64,000 bases of DNA from Octopus vulgaris (lineage: Eukaryota), in NCBI GenBank assembly GCA_951406725.2, contig OX597835.1, positions 1,550,001 through 1,614,000 on the forward strand. The letters are read 5' to 3'. A model generated the notes under the pieces. It had not been told where the DNA came from and did no database searches. It was given only the letters and a program-made list of their open reading frames with translations. Made by a program: the position numbers and the translations under genes. Below are positions 10,401 to 25,400 of the stretch, one piece after another (the first letter of the stretch is position 1; every line of letters starts with the position of its first letter).

Positions 10401-13400
10401 GTAATTCACCTGGGAGAAAGCCATGCCAGTGTAAAACCTACAGCTTGCTGGTCACTGGAGGTCTGAGCCACTGGGTTTAAGACCTCCAAGCCTAAAGAGT
10501 GGGATTGGACTGGATGGACTGACTCTCACTTTAAAACAACTAAGTGCTGCTAGGAAGAAAATAGTTGCAGAGTGTGTGTGCCACTCTTCTTCATAATCTT
10601 TAGGCTCAAAGAACTGCCATCATATATTCTTCTATCTTTGAATTTATCTGAAGTCCTTTGAGTTAGCATCAGTGAAACACAGATACTAATCCAAGAGAGT
10701 TCTGTGTGTGTGTGTGCCATTACTAGATTACCTTTTTTTCCCAGTTCACACATTTTGCTGTCTACCCCACTATTTGCTCTCAAGTGACCATTATAAGTAT
10801 TTACTAAATCAAATTTGTGGCTTGGTTTACAAAACTTCTGTGGTCTGCTCATAATGAATAAGTATGCCCTTACGTATCCAGTGTGTGTACATGTACCCAC
10901 ACAAACACAGTAGACCATGTCTAAGAGGAGGCTGTGTGTTTGATAGCGAAGGCATCACCCATCATCACTGCAACTACTACTACTATATCTTCTCCCTGTC
11001 TTTCTTACTGTTACCACAGAGCTCTGAACTTGCTGACAATATGCCAACATCCTCTCATTGTTTCTCACTCCTCTGCGCTCTGCTAAACCATTTGTGCAAT
11101 TTTATTTCATAAATTTTTTATTCATATTCTCTACTACATTGGATAATGTAGTCTTTGATTTACTGTGTTTGAATAAAAGACAAGGTGGTTCTTGCTAGAA
11201 AACATTTGATCCTAGTTCTTCTATTCAATCAGGATGGATAAAAGGTTAAACGACCCCCCCGGCAACATTTAAGACACTTACAACTCTTACTTTAACTTAA
11301 CCTGCTCAGACAAAGACAAACCTGGCAACGAGCATTTTGCTCTCCCCACAATACAAGATCTTGAAAACATGAAACTGATGTAATCTCTTTCTCTTCTTTT
11401 CTCACTTTTTCCATTGCTTTATTTTACCAGTGTGAAAGTTTTGGTTACATTAACAACTGACGTGGGCAGGATATTATCAAAATTGCATCAAGTTCAACCA
11501 AATGGTTATATTAAATTTGGAACTGCCATCCGGGTTGCTCACGTAAGTATCAACAGATGTCGAGAATAATAGAATATATTTAATCTGCAACATATTGTGG
11601 CTAAAATCTGTTTTGCATCCACCAGTTAAAATGCATGCAGAAACACTGCCTTCTGGGTGGTTTTCTGTTCACTGTGTTAAGGATATACATTGATGAGTGC
11701 TGATCTGGGTTAGGAATAGGTTTACGGTTAGGGTTAGAATGCATGCTAAAGTGTAAATGGCCACGTAGTGGCACCCATTGATGCGTCTGCGTGTATTTTG
11801 AATTCAGTCCCATTGATATTGACTTTGTCCTTTGTTGGTGTTTAGTAAAATAAATACCAATCAAATATTAGAGTTGTTCTCTTCCACAAAATTTATGGCT
11901 CGTGTGCTTATGTCAGAAATTAATATTTAAAGTCCATTTCAATGGTTCAGAGTTCAAATCCCACTGTGGTCAACTATCTATTTTAGATGGGTAAGCTTAT
12001 TACCAAGTAATATAGTGTTGTTGAACTCGATCCTTAATACTTGTCCCCTACACATTTTTCGTCTGCAAGCTGGCAGAATCCTTATTACATCAGACAAAAT
12101 GCTTAGTGGCATTTCTTCTGGCTTTGACATTCTGAGTTCAAATCTAAGGTCATCTTCACCTTTCATCCTTTTGGGGTTGATAAGTTACCAGTGGAGCACT
12201 GGAGACGGTGTAATCAACCGGTTCCCTCCCACCAAATTTAAGTCCTGCCAAAATTAGAAACTATTATTATTGTTATTATTATTATTAATGTAGTAAGCTG
12301 GCAGAGTTGTTAGCACACCGGGCAAAATGCTGAGTGCATTTTGTCCATCTTTATGTTTTGAGTTCAAGTTCTGCTGAGGTCAACTTTGCCTTTCATCCTT
12401 TTGGAGTCAATAAAATAAGTATTGGTCAAGTACTGGGGTCACTGTAATTGGCTTACCCATTCCCCAAATTCCTGGCCTTGAGCCAGAATTTGAAGTCATT
12501 ATTATTATTGCTGTTGTTTTTGTTGCAGTTGGCTCTCAAACATCGTCAAGGAAGAAACCATAAAATGAGAATTGTAATATTTGTGGCCAGCCCTATTGAA
12601 GATGACGAAAAAGAGGTATTGTTTTACATGTTTTTCTTCTTTTGAACTATTTGTTGTTTCTATGGTCCTCTACCAATAGTTTGTTTGGGGTGAGTGAGCT
12701 GGTTCCAAAGAATCAGTCGAACAAAAGATGAAATACTCAACAATATTTAGTTTCATGTTGATTTACTTTCCAAATTCGTCTGTGGTTGGCTTTTGCTTTT
12801 TATCTGTCCAGGGTCAATTAAAATAACCATTTACTGGGTTTATCATCTATACCCATTCCTCAAAATTTTTGGTGTTTCTGTTAGAAATCTGTGTTAGATG
12901 AGATACACCAACACATAAATTTGGATGTGTTTTTGCATTTCATTATTAAAATGCTAGAAGAAAATCTGCATCTATCTCTTGATAGATACAGAAAACAATG
13001 TCATTCATTTCCAATAGTCTGCAAAAAACCCCATCAGGTCATAAGGAAATATTACTTTGCTTGGAAGCAAGTGAATTTTGGCAACAAGCCGCATTCATCC
13101 GTAGAAAGTCTACGTCTATAAACTCCGTCTAGCACCAGCAAACATAGGACCAGGCCGAGTTTATTGGAGTTTAAGTGGATGTTGAACAATGATGATGGTT
13201 GTAAATAAAAATCATTGTTATTTTGACTGCTATCCAATGGGAATAATTTAAATAAATATAAAATAAAAATTTAAAGAAAACAGAAAATGGAGAAATCAAT
13301 GAACAACAATTGACTTGCATCAATTATTATTTATTAATTCAATACAAATAGACTGCATCCCATCTAACAGCCGTTTCTGCTTCCAATTATTGTATGGTAT

Positions 13401-16400
13401 TGCCATTGATATGCTAAAAAAATATTTATTTTTGGTAATAAAACCGATCTGAAACATGAAGCTTCATCAGAGTGAAGAATAAATAAAGAACACAGAAAAG
13501 AAAAAGGGAGAAGTTGAATATGGTTGTAATCCTACCATTTTGCTTGCATGTCTCTTTGGGATGTTATGTAAATTACTAAACCCCCCCAAAAAAACAAGAA
13601 ACAAACTAAAATATTTTACTGATATCTGAATTAGATATAAATTTGAGTCCAAAATAAGTAAAATACACTTATAACTTGCTTCCTAGGGTTAAATAGCAGT
13701 AGTATGCTTCCCTTTCATGGGACTGTCACATTAAGTTGACAACATACCACCACTTTACCATGTTACTGCTGTATAAATCTCTCTGAGAGATTTAGAAATG
13801 TATTATTTCTTATTTTCTCTCTTTCAGCTTGTGAAAATTGGTAAAAAATTGAAAAAAGAAAAAGTGAATGTTGATGTTGTGAATTTTGGAGAAGAAGTGA
13901 GTTCCTGGGTTGATTTGTTTTTATGTATTTTGTATAAGGTGTAGGTATGACTGTTGGTTAAGAAGTGGCTGGGTTCATATTCTGCCCCACTGAATGGCAC
14001 CTTAGGTAATCGTCTTCCATATCCCTGGGCTGGCCAATGCTTTGTGAGGGGATTTGGTAGATTGAAACTGAAAGGAACTTGTCGTGTGTGCAAGTATCTT
14101 TCTGTCTCCTTGTTTTGATATTACAAGGTGGTTACGCATGAGTGCTCCTAATATACAAACTGAGTCCCTTGTTTCCAGCCAGTGGAAGAAACATCACGTT
14201 GCTTAGAAACGGGTACGACGACTGATGGCAGGAGGGGTGGCCAGCTGCAGAAAATCTGCCTCAGCAAGTTCTTTTTGATCCGTGCAGAGGGCTTTTACCC
14301 TTTAGCATTCAGAGTACTTTTGTCAAATGTAATGTTTATTCATATTGTTTTCAATTAATCATGCATTAGCACAGAACTTTGATATTTCAAGGATGTGATT
14401 GTTTGTTTTTAGAATAACATTGTAGGAGAGGTGTGAGAGCCTAGATCTGGCCAATTCGAACATAAACCGGTTGAATATTTCGGCCCTGATAAAGGGTTAA
14501 AGATTTGATGATGGCATTTAATGTTTTTTTTTTTACATTGTATATCCTCAATAGTGTCAGTTGTTTAATCCACATCACTAATTCTAAATCCATTTGCTTT
14601 GTTGTTGCTATTGACAGTTAATCTGATTTATTATGGCTAATCAACAGCTAATTAGGACCCTGCTTTTCACTATTACGCATAATTGCATGCCATCATACAA
14701 GACTGGTGGAGCATCGAATAAGATATCTTGTGATATTTTGGTAACATCTCTTTGCATTCTTGTTTTTTATGGAATGTGTTTTGGATATGTTAGGTGGGGT
14801 CCAGTCAGACTCTTCTGTACTGATGAGAGAGAGATTGAACTCTGTACGTCTAGTTAATAAAAGAAGAAAAAAAACTCATTTTAGTGCTACCAGCAAGGAA
14901 TAGTTCCTACTTTGTAGTAGGAGAATTGGGCCATTAATTGTTTTGACCAGGAATAAAATGCAGTGAGGGTAACTAGGTGCAAACCATTAAGCTCTTGGCT
15001 GATGGCTAGTTACACTATCAATTCAGTTTGGTGAGTTCATCATTTAATGTCCGTTTTCCATGCTGGCAGGGGTTGGATGGTTTGACCGGAGCTAGTAAGG
15101 CGAAGGGCTGCACCAGGCCTCATTGTCTGTTCTGGCATGATTCCTATGGCTAGACATCCTTCCTAATGCCGACCACTGCACAGAGTGCACTGGGTGGCTT
15201 TTAACTTGGCACCAGCACATGAGTTCTTTATAGAAATAGGATGATGGTTTCGGAAACGAAAGAACTCTGATATTATTTCAGTGATACATCGTTTCAGCTG
15301 TGTGATACCGAATCTCCACTCAGTGCTTGTAGTGGTATGTTTTATTCTTGTACCTATCAGTGGTATTGGTATGTCTGCTTATGTTGGTGCCATATATATT
15401 CCTTAACCCTTTCCCATTCAGATTACTCTTTCAGATCTAATGCTTATTGATTCTCATTATCATGCAGCTTCAAGATTATGATGATGTGATTGTTTGTTAG
15501 TATAATGACATTGTAGGGTAGGTGTAAGGGACCAGATATGGCTGCTTTCAACAGAAAGCAAGTAGAATATTTTGGCTGGCTTATTATTTGATATTCTGTG
15601 ATTACTCTTTATGTTTCTATAGAAAAATAAATCAACAATTTTAATTTTAATGTTATTCTGGAACTTAAAACTTATTTCTTTGTTTTTCTGTTTTATCTCT
15701 TACTCCTTTCAAGGCTATCAACACTGAGAAATTAACTGCACTCATTAATACAATAAATGGTAAAGATGGCACCAGGTGAGTAGTTGAATCTTCTACCAAA
15801 GTTATATCTCTGAACCAGAAGCACTTGAATAGTTAGATTTGTACCAATTGGTTTGAGGTTCAAATTCTGCCTTGGTCATCTGTGTCTTTTGGTGGAAAAT
15901 GGATGCTATTGCTAAAATATATTGGAGTCTATAGAAAATTTTATAGAAAAATTAACCTGAATTCTAATCAAATGAAATCAATATTTTCAATTCAACTTGT
16001 TATTGTTTTCTTTGTTATTTATCTTAAATGAGACATGTTTGTTTGATTTTTTTTCCTTTGCAAATTAAATTAGATATGTTTCCAGTTGCTAACGAAGTAT
16101 GTGCTCAGTTAACAAAACATTTGTAAATTAATTAATGAGCAGTTCCAAATATTGTAGGAACCACACCATATTTATTTCAAAAGTGATGAATACCATTTTC
16201 TATTAAATTTTATTGAAAGACATTTATCTTGTGCAACCCCCACAATTTTTTCACCAAGTTTTGAGGTTCCTAAAAACCTACCTTAAGAAGCAGTGATTTA
16301 ATATACAAAATTCTTAGCAAACAAGGAGATTGCCAAGAAAGACAGACATCTACTTATTTTTTTTTTTTTGTTTTACAATCAGGGCAAATGTATATTTATC

Positions 16401-19400
16401 TGATATTGTGATGTTAATGATTTGATTAAAGTCTCCAATGGCTACGGTCAGGAACTAATCTGTTACACACTAAGTTCATAAATGACTTGTATTCTACTTG
16501 ATACATTGAATTAATCTTTCTACTAAATCCCCGTTCTCACAGAACTCTTCACATATTTTCAGTTCCCATCTTTTAACGGTACCATCTGGTCCCATGTTGT
16601 CTGATGCTCTTTCGTCTTCTGCCATTGTTGTCGGTGAAGACGGTGCCGCTCCTGGATTAAACATTGTTAGTTATGAATTTGGAGTTGATCCCAATGAAGA
16701 TCCTGAATTAGCTTTGGTGAGTTTGATCACATTCCTTTATTTTTCACCTGTGTGGAGTGGCTTTTAACCACTTTTGTGGAATGAAATATTAACTGTGCAT
16801 GACTTTGATGGTCCTTCCACTTTCATTATCTCATAGCTTCGATACTTCGATGATGTGATTACACTGTGCAACATGGCTTTTGTCCTTCGGAAGCAACTGT
16901 CATTTCCTGTTTGCTTACTGCTGGAAAGTATGGAAAACGGCTAATATTTCCTTCAGACTTTGCTTTTCTTACATTTATTCAAACCCCCCTAAGAATCCCT
17001 CTGAACACATGGCTATGATGCTTCCGTCAGCCACTAAGGAACTTACTGAAGTGATTAAGGTCAAGCAAATCTGTGGTGTTGAGCAGAAGATTTGCTATAA
17101 TGGTATTTCTGCTTCAGCAACTCAGCACTGAATGTGTCTGAAACGTAATGGAAAATAGGCCAGTTTCAAAACATTGAGGTCCAGGTTACAAAAGCAAAGT
17201 TTGAAGGGAATGGTAGTCATTTCTTTTGATTTCTAGAAGCAAATAGGAAATAACACTTACCAAAGACAAAAAAAAAATTAATTTTGTTACACTGTGTTAT
17301 TTATTTTAAAATGGTATTATAAGGTGTGAGAGGCCAAATCTGGTCAGTTTGAACATAAAAAGACAGGTTTTATTTGAAGCAGATTTTCTATAGCTGGATG
17401 CCCTTTCTGTTGTCAATCCTAAACCTTTTCCAAGCACGGTAGTATTTCCCCATAACCAGACATGTTCTTGCAGAATCATCATCATCATCATCGTTTAACG
17501 TCCGTTCTCCATGCTAGCATGGGTTGGACGGTTCTACTGGGGTCTGTGAAGCCAGAAGGCTTCAACAGGCCCAGTCAAATCTGGCAGTGTTTCTACGGCT
17601 GGATGCCCTTCCTAACGCCAACCACTCCGTGAGTGTAGTGGGTGCTTTTTATGTGCCACCCGCACTGGTGCCAGACAGAGCTGGCAAACGGCCACGAACG
17701 GATGGTGCTTTTTATGTGCCACCGGCACGAGGGCCAGGCGAGGCTGGCAACGGACACGAAACGGGGCGGTGCTGGCAACGGTCGCGAAACGGAAAGTTCT
17801 CTTACATGCCACCGGCACTGGTAACACATCTGCAATTTCCATTGATCGATTTCCATTGATCGATTTCGATTCTGATAGTCACTTGCCTCAACGGGTCTTC
17901 ACAAGCAGAGTTTTGACATGCCACCGGCACTGGTAGCACATCCGCAATTTCCATTGATCGATTTCGATTCTGATCCTCACTTGCCTCATCACGTCTTCAC
18001 AAGTAGAGTTTTGTGTCCCAAGAAGGGAAGGTATGCATACGTAGGCTGGCTCCATCCCATGTAGAAGGCCACGGGTTATGGACTCACTTGTCCTGCCGGG
18101 TCTTCTCGTGCACAGCACACTTCCAGAGGTCTCGGTCGCTAGTCATTTCCTCAGTGAGACCTAAAGTTCGAAGGTCGTGCTTCACCACCTCGTCCCAGGT
18201 TTTCCTGGGTCTGCCTCTTCCACAGGTTCCCTCAACCGCTAGGGTGTGGCACTTTTTCACACAACTATCTTCATCCATTCTCGCCACATGACCATACCAG
18301 CGCAAACGTCTCTCTTGCACACCACAACTGATGCTTCTTAGGTCCAGCTTTTCTCTCAAGGTACTTACACTCTGCCGAGTGTGAGTACCGGCATTACACA
18401 TCCATCGGAGCATACTGGCTTCATTTCTAGCGAGCTTACGCATATCCTCAGCAGTCACGGCCCATGTTTCACTGCCATGTAGCATGGCTGTTCGTACACA
18501 CGCATCATACAGTCTGCCTTTCACTCTGTGCGAGAGGCCTTTTGTCACCAGCAGAGGTAAGAGCTCTCTGAACTTTGCCCAAGCTATTCTTACTCTAGCA
18601 GTTACACTTTCAGCACACCCGCCCCCGCTGCTGACTTGGTCACCTAGGTAACGGAAACTATCAACTATTTCTAGTTTTTCTCCCTGGAAAGTGACGGAAG
18701 TTGGTCTCAGAGCATTTTCAGTGTTTATTGTTCCTGAGCATCTGCCACATACAAAAACCATCTTCCTAGTTAGCCTTCCTTTGACATTGCTGAGAATATT
18801 GGATGGAAATGACTAACACTACTTGTATGACAGCAACAATCATTTTACAACTGTCGTGCAATGTCAGGACAAGGAAACACACACACACACACACACTCTC
18901 TCTCTCTAAGCTTTCAGTCTCTCTCTCTCTCTAAGCTTTCAGTCTCTCTCTCTCTCTCTCTAAGCTTTCAGTCTCTCACAAGGATTCATGAAAAAAATCT
19001 ATATGAATCGTATCTTGGTAAAGACTTGAAATTCTTGTCTCCACCCATGCACACACAAACACTGGCAACAAATGAGTCTAAAAGGCAGGTCAGTCATGTG
19101 GCTACTGAATATCAGCATTCAGCTGTAGAAACTATGCCAAATCTGGCTGGAGCCTGGTGCAGCCTCTCAGTTTTCCAGCCCTGGTCAAACCGTCCAACCC
19201 ATGCCAGCATGGACAATGGACATTAAATGATGATGATGATGATTTATGTACATCTGTGGATAAGGTTTGGACACATAAGAGGTGTAATGGTATCACAGGA
19301 AGGTTGGTGAAGAATATAGTTGTTGTATGTGGCAAATGTGCAGATACACGAAGCAGTCGAAATGTGCAGACAGTTGGCTCCTTCAGATGTTCAGCAGGCT

Positions 19401-22400
19401 CGTTGGAAGTAGTAGAGAGCTTCTGTTACCTAGGAGACTGAGTTAGCAGTAGTGGAGGAAGTTCTGAAAGTGTAGTTGCTAGGATAAGAACACGCTGGGC
19501 AAAGATCAGAGAGCTTCTACCCTTGTTGGTAACTGAGATTCTCTCCCTGAAATGCAGATTGTATGATGCCTGTGTATGTACAGCTATGTCACATGGCAGT
19601 GAAACATAGGCTTTAACTACAGAGGACTTGAAAGAAATGAAACTAGCATGTTCTGCTAGATGGGTAATGTCTGTGTGCATGCATGACAGAGTGTAAATGA
19701 TTCAAGAGGGAAACTGGGTATAAGAGGCATCAGATGTTGTGTGCAAGAGAGACGACTGCACTGGTTTGGTCATGTGATGCGTATGGATTAAAACAGTTGC
19801 ATAAAGAAGTGCTAATTGTGGAGGGAAGGGATAGAGCCAGGAAGATGTGGGACGAAATGGTGAGGAGGAGGAGGGTTCTTTGGATGCTGGGCCTTGCTAA
19901 GGAAATGATGACCAGGGACTGGGAGATGTGGCGATTTGCTGTACTTGAGAAGACATGTCAAGCTAAGTAGAATCCCTCTCTTCTACACAGACAGACTTGT
20001 CCTTCCAGGTGCTGGTGCCACTTAAAAAGTACCGGTGATGGAGCTGTGTAAACACACCTGTACCAGTGGCACGTAAAAGGCACTCAGCGCATGGTTAAGT
20101 GATTGGTGTAAGTAGGGTCATCCGGCTGTAGAAACCATGCCACAACAGACGGTTGGAGTCTGGGAAGCTCACTGCCAACCAGCTCCATGTCAAACTGTCC
20201 AACCCATACCAGCATGGAAAGCAGACGTTAAATGATGATGATGATGTTGACTGTGGCACCTGTATTTTAGCAAGAACCATCATAAGGCAAACAAACATTT
20301 CTGTGGTGTCTTACCTCATCATCGTTGCAACGTATGAATTTATAGCCTTTCTATGTCGATGGTTCAGAACCGAGCAGAAGTTCACCAGGTGCACTGATGC
20401 AGTTGGTTGGATCTGTTCTAACCCACACCTCAAAATAATTATTTTACCTTGGGAATTTGATTTCTCAGCTGTAATTTTTTCTTCTGTTGTTGATGTAAAA
20501 CTGTTTGATTGATGAAAATTCCTGCTTTGATTTCGGTTTTTAGGCTTTGAGAGTCTCAATGGAAGAACAACGAGCTCGACAGGAAGACGAAGCGAGGAAA
20601 GCAGCAACTGCTCCGATTCAGGACACGGAAATGCAGTCGGCTGAAACTACAGGTAAACTACCTTGGTTATTAGTATTTCTGTTTGGATAAGGCAGTGAAC
20701 TGGTCAAAAGGCTTCGCTTGCATTTCATCCGTCTTCACATTCTGAGGTCGATAAAATCAGTACCAGTTGAGCACTGAGGATGATACGATTGATTTGACCT
20801 CTCTCTTGAACTTGCTGGACTTGTGCCAAAATGGGAAACCAATATTTCTGTTTGTATTGCAGAAGTGTGGCGCCTGGAGTGAGTGTCTTAGCCCCAGGTG
20901 GACCAAAGTCTTCTGAGTGGATTGGTTGACAGAAACTGAAAGAAGCCTCTGTGTGTGTGTGTGTGTGATTTTTAATTAGATATCAGCACTACAGAACTTG
21001 TTGGTTTTGTGTGATAGAACTTGTGACTTGGTTTGGTCTCAGACAAATTGATATCCAAAAGTGTAACTGCAACTAAGGATGACTCATGGAATTGTATTTG
21101 TATTGTGAATGTCAAAAGTATTCACTCAAGCAAAGAATTTTTGTTTGGACTTTGATCTTACAAACCGTTGTCCATCCAGGATTGTTCTCCTAACATAATA
21201 TTGAATTATAGTATTATGCAGTACATAGGTAACATGTAACATACAAAAAATATTCATAACAACTGGCTGAGGTTTTTTTCGTTTTTTCTTATGTTTTTCT
21301 GTTGTTATACCTCAATATTTTGCAGTCTGTCTTTAAATATATTTGAATTCATTCATCACTGATGTGAATATTGAATGGAAATGATTATATTAGATGTGTA
21401 TATTCTTTGTGCTTACAGCAACTACAGACGAAGCATTATTAGAACGTGCTCTCAAGATGTCAGTGATAGAAAATGAAAACCTTGCCAGTGGCGGCTCCGC
21501 TTTCCCCTCTGCCACCGCAACAAAGACAGTTTCTGATTTCCCAGCTGCCCCTGCTGCCAACATCGTTCCAGATATTTCTTCGATGAGTGAAGAGGAACAA
21601 ATTGCATATGCTATGCAAATGTCCTTGCAGAATCCAGGTAACTCCATGCTTCTCTATTACTAGGGACAATAACTTGTTGATCATTAGCCTGGCTCCACCC
21701 TCAATAAACAGACCTATGGTCAGAACCATTCTAGCATTGGCCATAGGATTCCTTCAGGCTCACTGTATTATATCTAGCACTGTATTATCTAATGTATCCT
21801 TTCTTTTTTTAAGATAGTAGGCTGTAACTTGAAGGAGATTTGGTTGCTATTTCTATCATATTGTGCCACTACACACACGCTATCATTGACCCACACAATT
21901 TATAGATGAATCAGGTGTTGATTAATTACACCAGTGGTTCTGTGGTAAGGACATCAGAAGTACAGGTTTCCAAAGAACTGATCACTAATTGGCTGCATTT
22001 TTAGTGATAAGGGAGTATTTGTACAACTGGGATGGAATAAATATTACAGCAGGTTTTTGTTGAACACACTGGCTTATATGTTTTCTTGCTGAGATTTATA
22101 TCTTTCGTCAATATATTCGCAGGATGAACTTTCATGTAGTTGCCATCTGTCAAATTTTGCTCACAGGGCCTCAACATAAGGCTGCACACTGGGGTACAGA
22201 TAACTGTGTCAACACCCTCCTTCTCTCCCTTGACTACAGCCCTATTCACTCAGCTGAGTGAATTTATGAGAGCAAACTGCACATATTTTACCACACCACC
22301 ACTCACCCTCCCTGAAATCATTTCCTTTGTCCCCTACATTCTCAATATCATTCCTTACTTTCCACAGAACACTCCTTTTGCCTCTCCTTATTTTCTTTGT

Positions 22401-25400
22401 ACACCTTTCCATTTTGTCATTCCCAGCTCCCTCCCTCTATTTCTGTTCACCACCCACTGTGTTCACCCTTGACCTTGTCCCTGGCACTGTGCATCTCTCT
22501 TGCACCCTACCTCAACACACTTCACATTTTCATCATCATCATTTAACGTCTGTTGTCCATGCTGTCCTTATTTAATTTGCTGCTACCTGGAAGAGTGTTG
22601 TGTTGATGTTTGTAGGTCAAGGTGTTTCCAGGAACAGCAAAGTAAAACAAGCCAGTTCAACTACCATTTTAAACCTTTAATAAAATAGACCACCTCATGC
22701 CTAATAAATTCATTGATATATTTTCTAAATGGCTCAACCTGTCAAGTGGTTACACTTAAAGGTTTCACCCTAGGCTTTCTTGTTCATAATGCCACGTCTT
22801 TTTCTAAAACCTCATCATCATTTAACGTCTGTTTTACATGCTAGAATGGGTTGGAAGATTTGACAGCTGCCCAAGGCTTCATGTTTGTTTTGGCGTGATT
22901 TCTATGGCTGGATGCCCTTCATAACACTAACCACTTTACAGAGTACACCGGGTGCTTTTTATGTGGCACCAGCACCCACGAACCTGCAAAGTTAGGATCA
23001 CTCAGCTAGAGGGGGATGCAGGAGACATGCCCGTATGCAAGGACAACCCTGATTTCACTTAGCTTCACCTGTCTTCTCAAGCACAGCCAATCACCAGAAG
23101 CCCCGGGGTCCCTTGTCATCCCCTTTGTGAGGCCCAACATCTAAAGATCCTTTCTCACCACTTTGTCCCGTGTCTTCCTGGATCGACCCCTTTGACATAT
23201 TCTCTCCACAATTCAAGATCGGCACTTCTGGCTGCAGCTGTCTTCATACGCATTACGGGATTATACAACTGCAGTCTTTTCTCTCTCTCTAAACATATTT
23301 TAAATCTGAAATCCATTAAAGTAAGGGTTTACTGCATATAGATACACACTTGATTGTAAGATTGTTATTTATACATTCACCTCTGTTTATTTTCCCAGGT
23401 GTTACTGATGCTGATGCCCCATCTCCAATGGAGACTGCTGGCTATGAATCTGAAAAAAAGGTAAGTCTTATTGTAAAATATCTTTTTCCTTTTATCCATT
23501 AGGAATTCCAACCACATTTTGTGATTTTCTACCTCAACAGCTCTTTTATAGGACCCAGTGGCTAAAGACATCATCAGGAGGAACCACATTCAGTTTCGGC
23601 CCCTACTCCTCTACTGTTTACGACATGGCGGTGTCCCCCTCCCCAACTTTCGGAGTTGTCTTCAGCTCTGGTGTTGAATGTGTTTTTTCTTTCTCCTTTT
23701 TTTTTTTGCCTTTTGTTCTTTGGTTTCTTCAATGCAGCGTCAGCAAATGACCATCCTGCCAAATTCTCTCTTTAAACACTCACCAGTAGACTCCAACAGC
23801 CAGCACCAGCTGTCATGTGACACTGTCTAAATTTCAACTGGCCAACGGAGGGGAAGAACGCATAGTTTTGGCCCGTTGCCCTCTCTAAACCTACCTTCCA
23901 ACAGCATTGTGTTAGTTTCAATACCAGCAGCCAGGGCCAACTAGCTGTCTGATGGTATAAGCCTTCAAGCCATTAGGGAGTAGGGCACGCACTGAATGAG
24001 GTTGATCCCTTGGCCCACCTGTCAAGCAGCAACGCTGCTCAAGTGCCAGCCAGCCTCACCTAGCAATGCTATTTCTTAGCCGACATGTTATGGCTTTTGA
24101 GCCATTTCGGGTCTTCTCATTTCAGTTATAGAAGCTGGCTTTCTCGACTTTTTCCTGTATCCTTATTACTTTTCTCAGCTCTAAGCTCAAAAATGCAAAC
24201 CTTCTTTCCACACATAAAAAAACAACCTTCTTTTAAATAATGTTGCCATTTTCCTTTCAACGAATCCTCCAGCCCCCCCCCCCCCACTGCCAGCTGGAAA
24301 TACTCAGCAGTCCACCCTTGTTCCCCACACTCTTCGATTAATCGCTCATGCCTCTTCTCCTTCTGTTGCTCTACATTAGATGTTCTCTTCCCATGGCATT
24401 ATCAGCTCTAGCAAAATTCCAATTTTTCGTTGTGTGTTCCACAGGATGAAGTCCAGTTTTTTTATTTGTGGAATAAACCCACATATACATGGAGGGTGAG
24501 GCATAATTGATAGGATCAGCTCCCTTGTACTTATTGTTTCGCCGGGTTTTATCAAAACACATTTAACCCCCTAGCGTTCAGTTCAATGTCAAATGGAATA
24601 CTTATTTATTCGCACTGTTTTAAATTAATCCTTTTCTCATAGCTTCGATACTTTGATGATGTGATTATTTTATTTTAAAATGGCATTGTAGAGTAGGTGT
24701 GAGAGGTCAAATCTGATCAGTTTGAACATAAACAAGTAGAATATTTGGGTCAGACATGGCCAGTTTGAATGGTGAAGGGTTAAATCCAGCTAAACTCTGA
24801 TCCCTTATCTGGTGGTCAATGTAGAAACTAGGGATAGACGAGTGGTTAGTGAGAGGAGCTGTACAAGCCATATACAGGGATGCTGTCAGTAAGGTGAGGG
24901 TTGGCAATGAATATAACAAAGAATTCTGGGTAGAAAAGCTGCCCCAATCTATTTCTAGGTTGCATAAATATCAATCTATCAATCCCAGTAGATGACCACC
25001 CACGATGTTAATTCATAAATCTAAGTACCCTCAGACATTTAGTTCAGAACTGTTCTATTCTTTTGCTGCCACTCTGCTCAGTGTACAATATTGACAGTGT
25101 GCTCCATTAGCACTCTTTAGAACCCAGCCAAGACTTCTCTGTTGATGCTGAGGAAGTGTTTTAGAAGTGTATGGAAATAATGTCTCCACAGAGAGAGAGA
25201 TTTAAAAATTTTTTTATCTTAACGAACCTCTTTTTTTTGTTTCTGCTTACTTATTCCAGGCAGAGGAAGATGACTATTCAGAAGTTATGAACGACCCAGC
25301 TTTTGTTCAAAGTGTATTGGAGAATTTACCGGGTGTTGACCCAGAGAGTGAAGCCATTAGGAATGCCATGACTTCTTTAACCAAACCTGAAGAGGATAAG

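Noticed and set aside
18084-18761. 225-aa ORF as a host gene
   Set aside because: It is the C-terminal part of an RTE LINE ORF, with several decayed paralogues in the window.
13897-21418. Intronic C/D snoRNAs in PSMD4
   Set aside because: The scattered TGATGA matches come mostly from (GAT)n LINE tails. I found no convincing C box/D box pair with a terminal stem by eye; snoscan or Infernal would be decisive.
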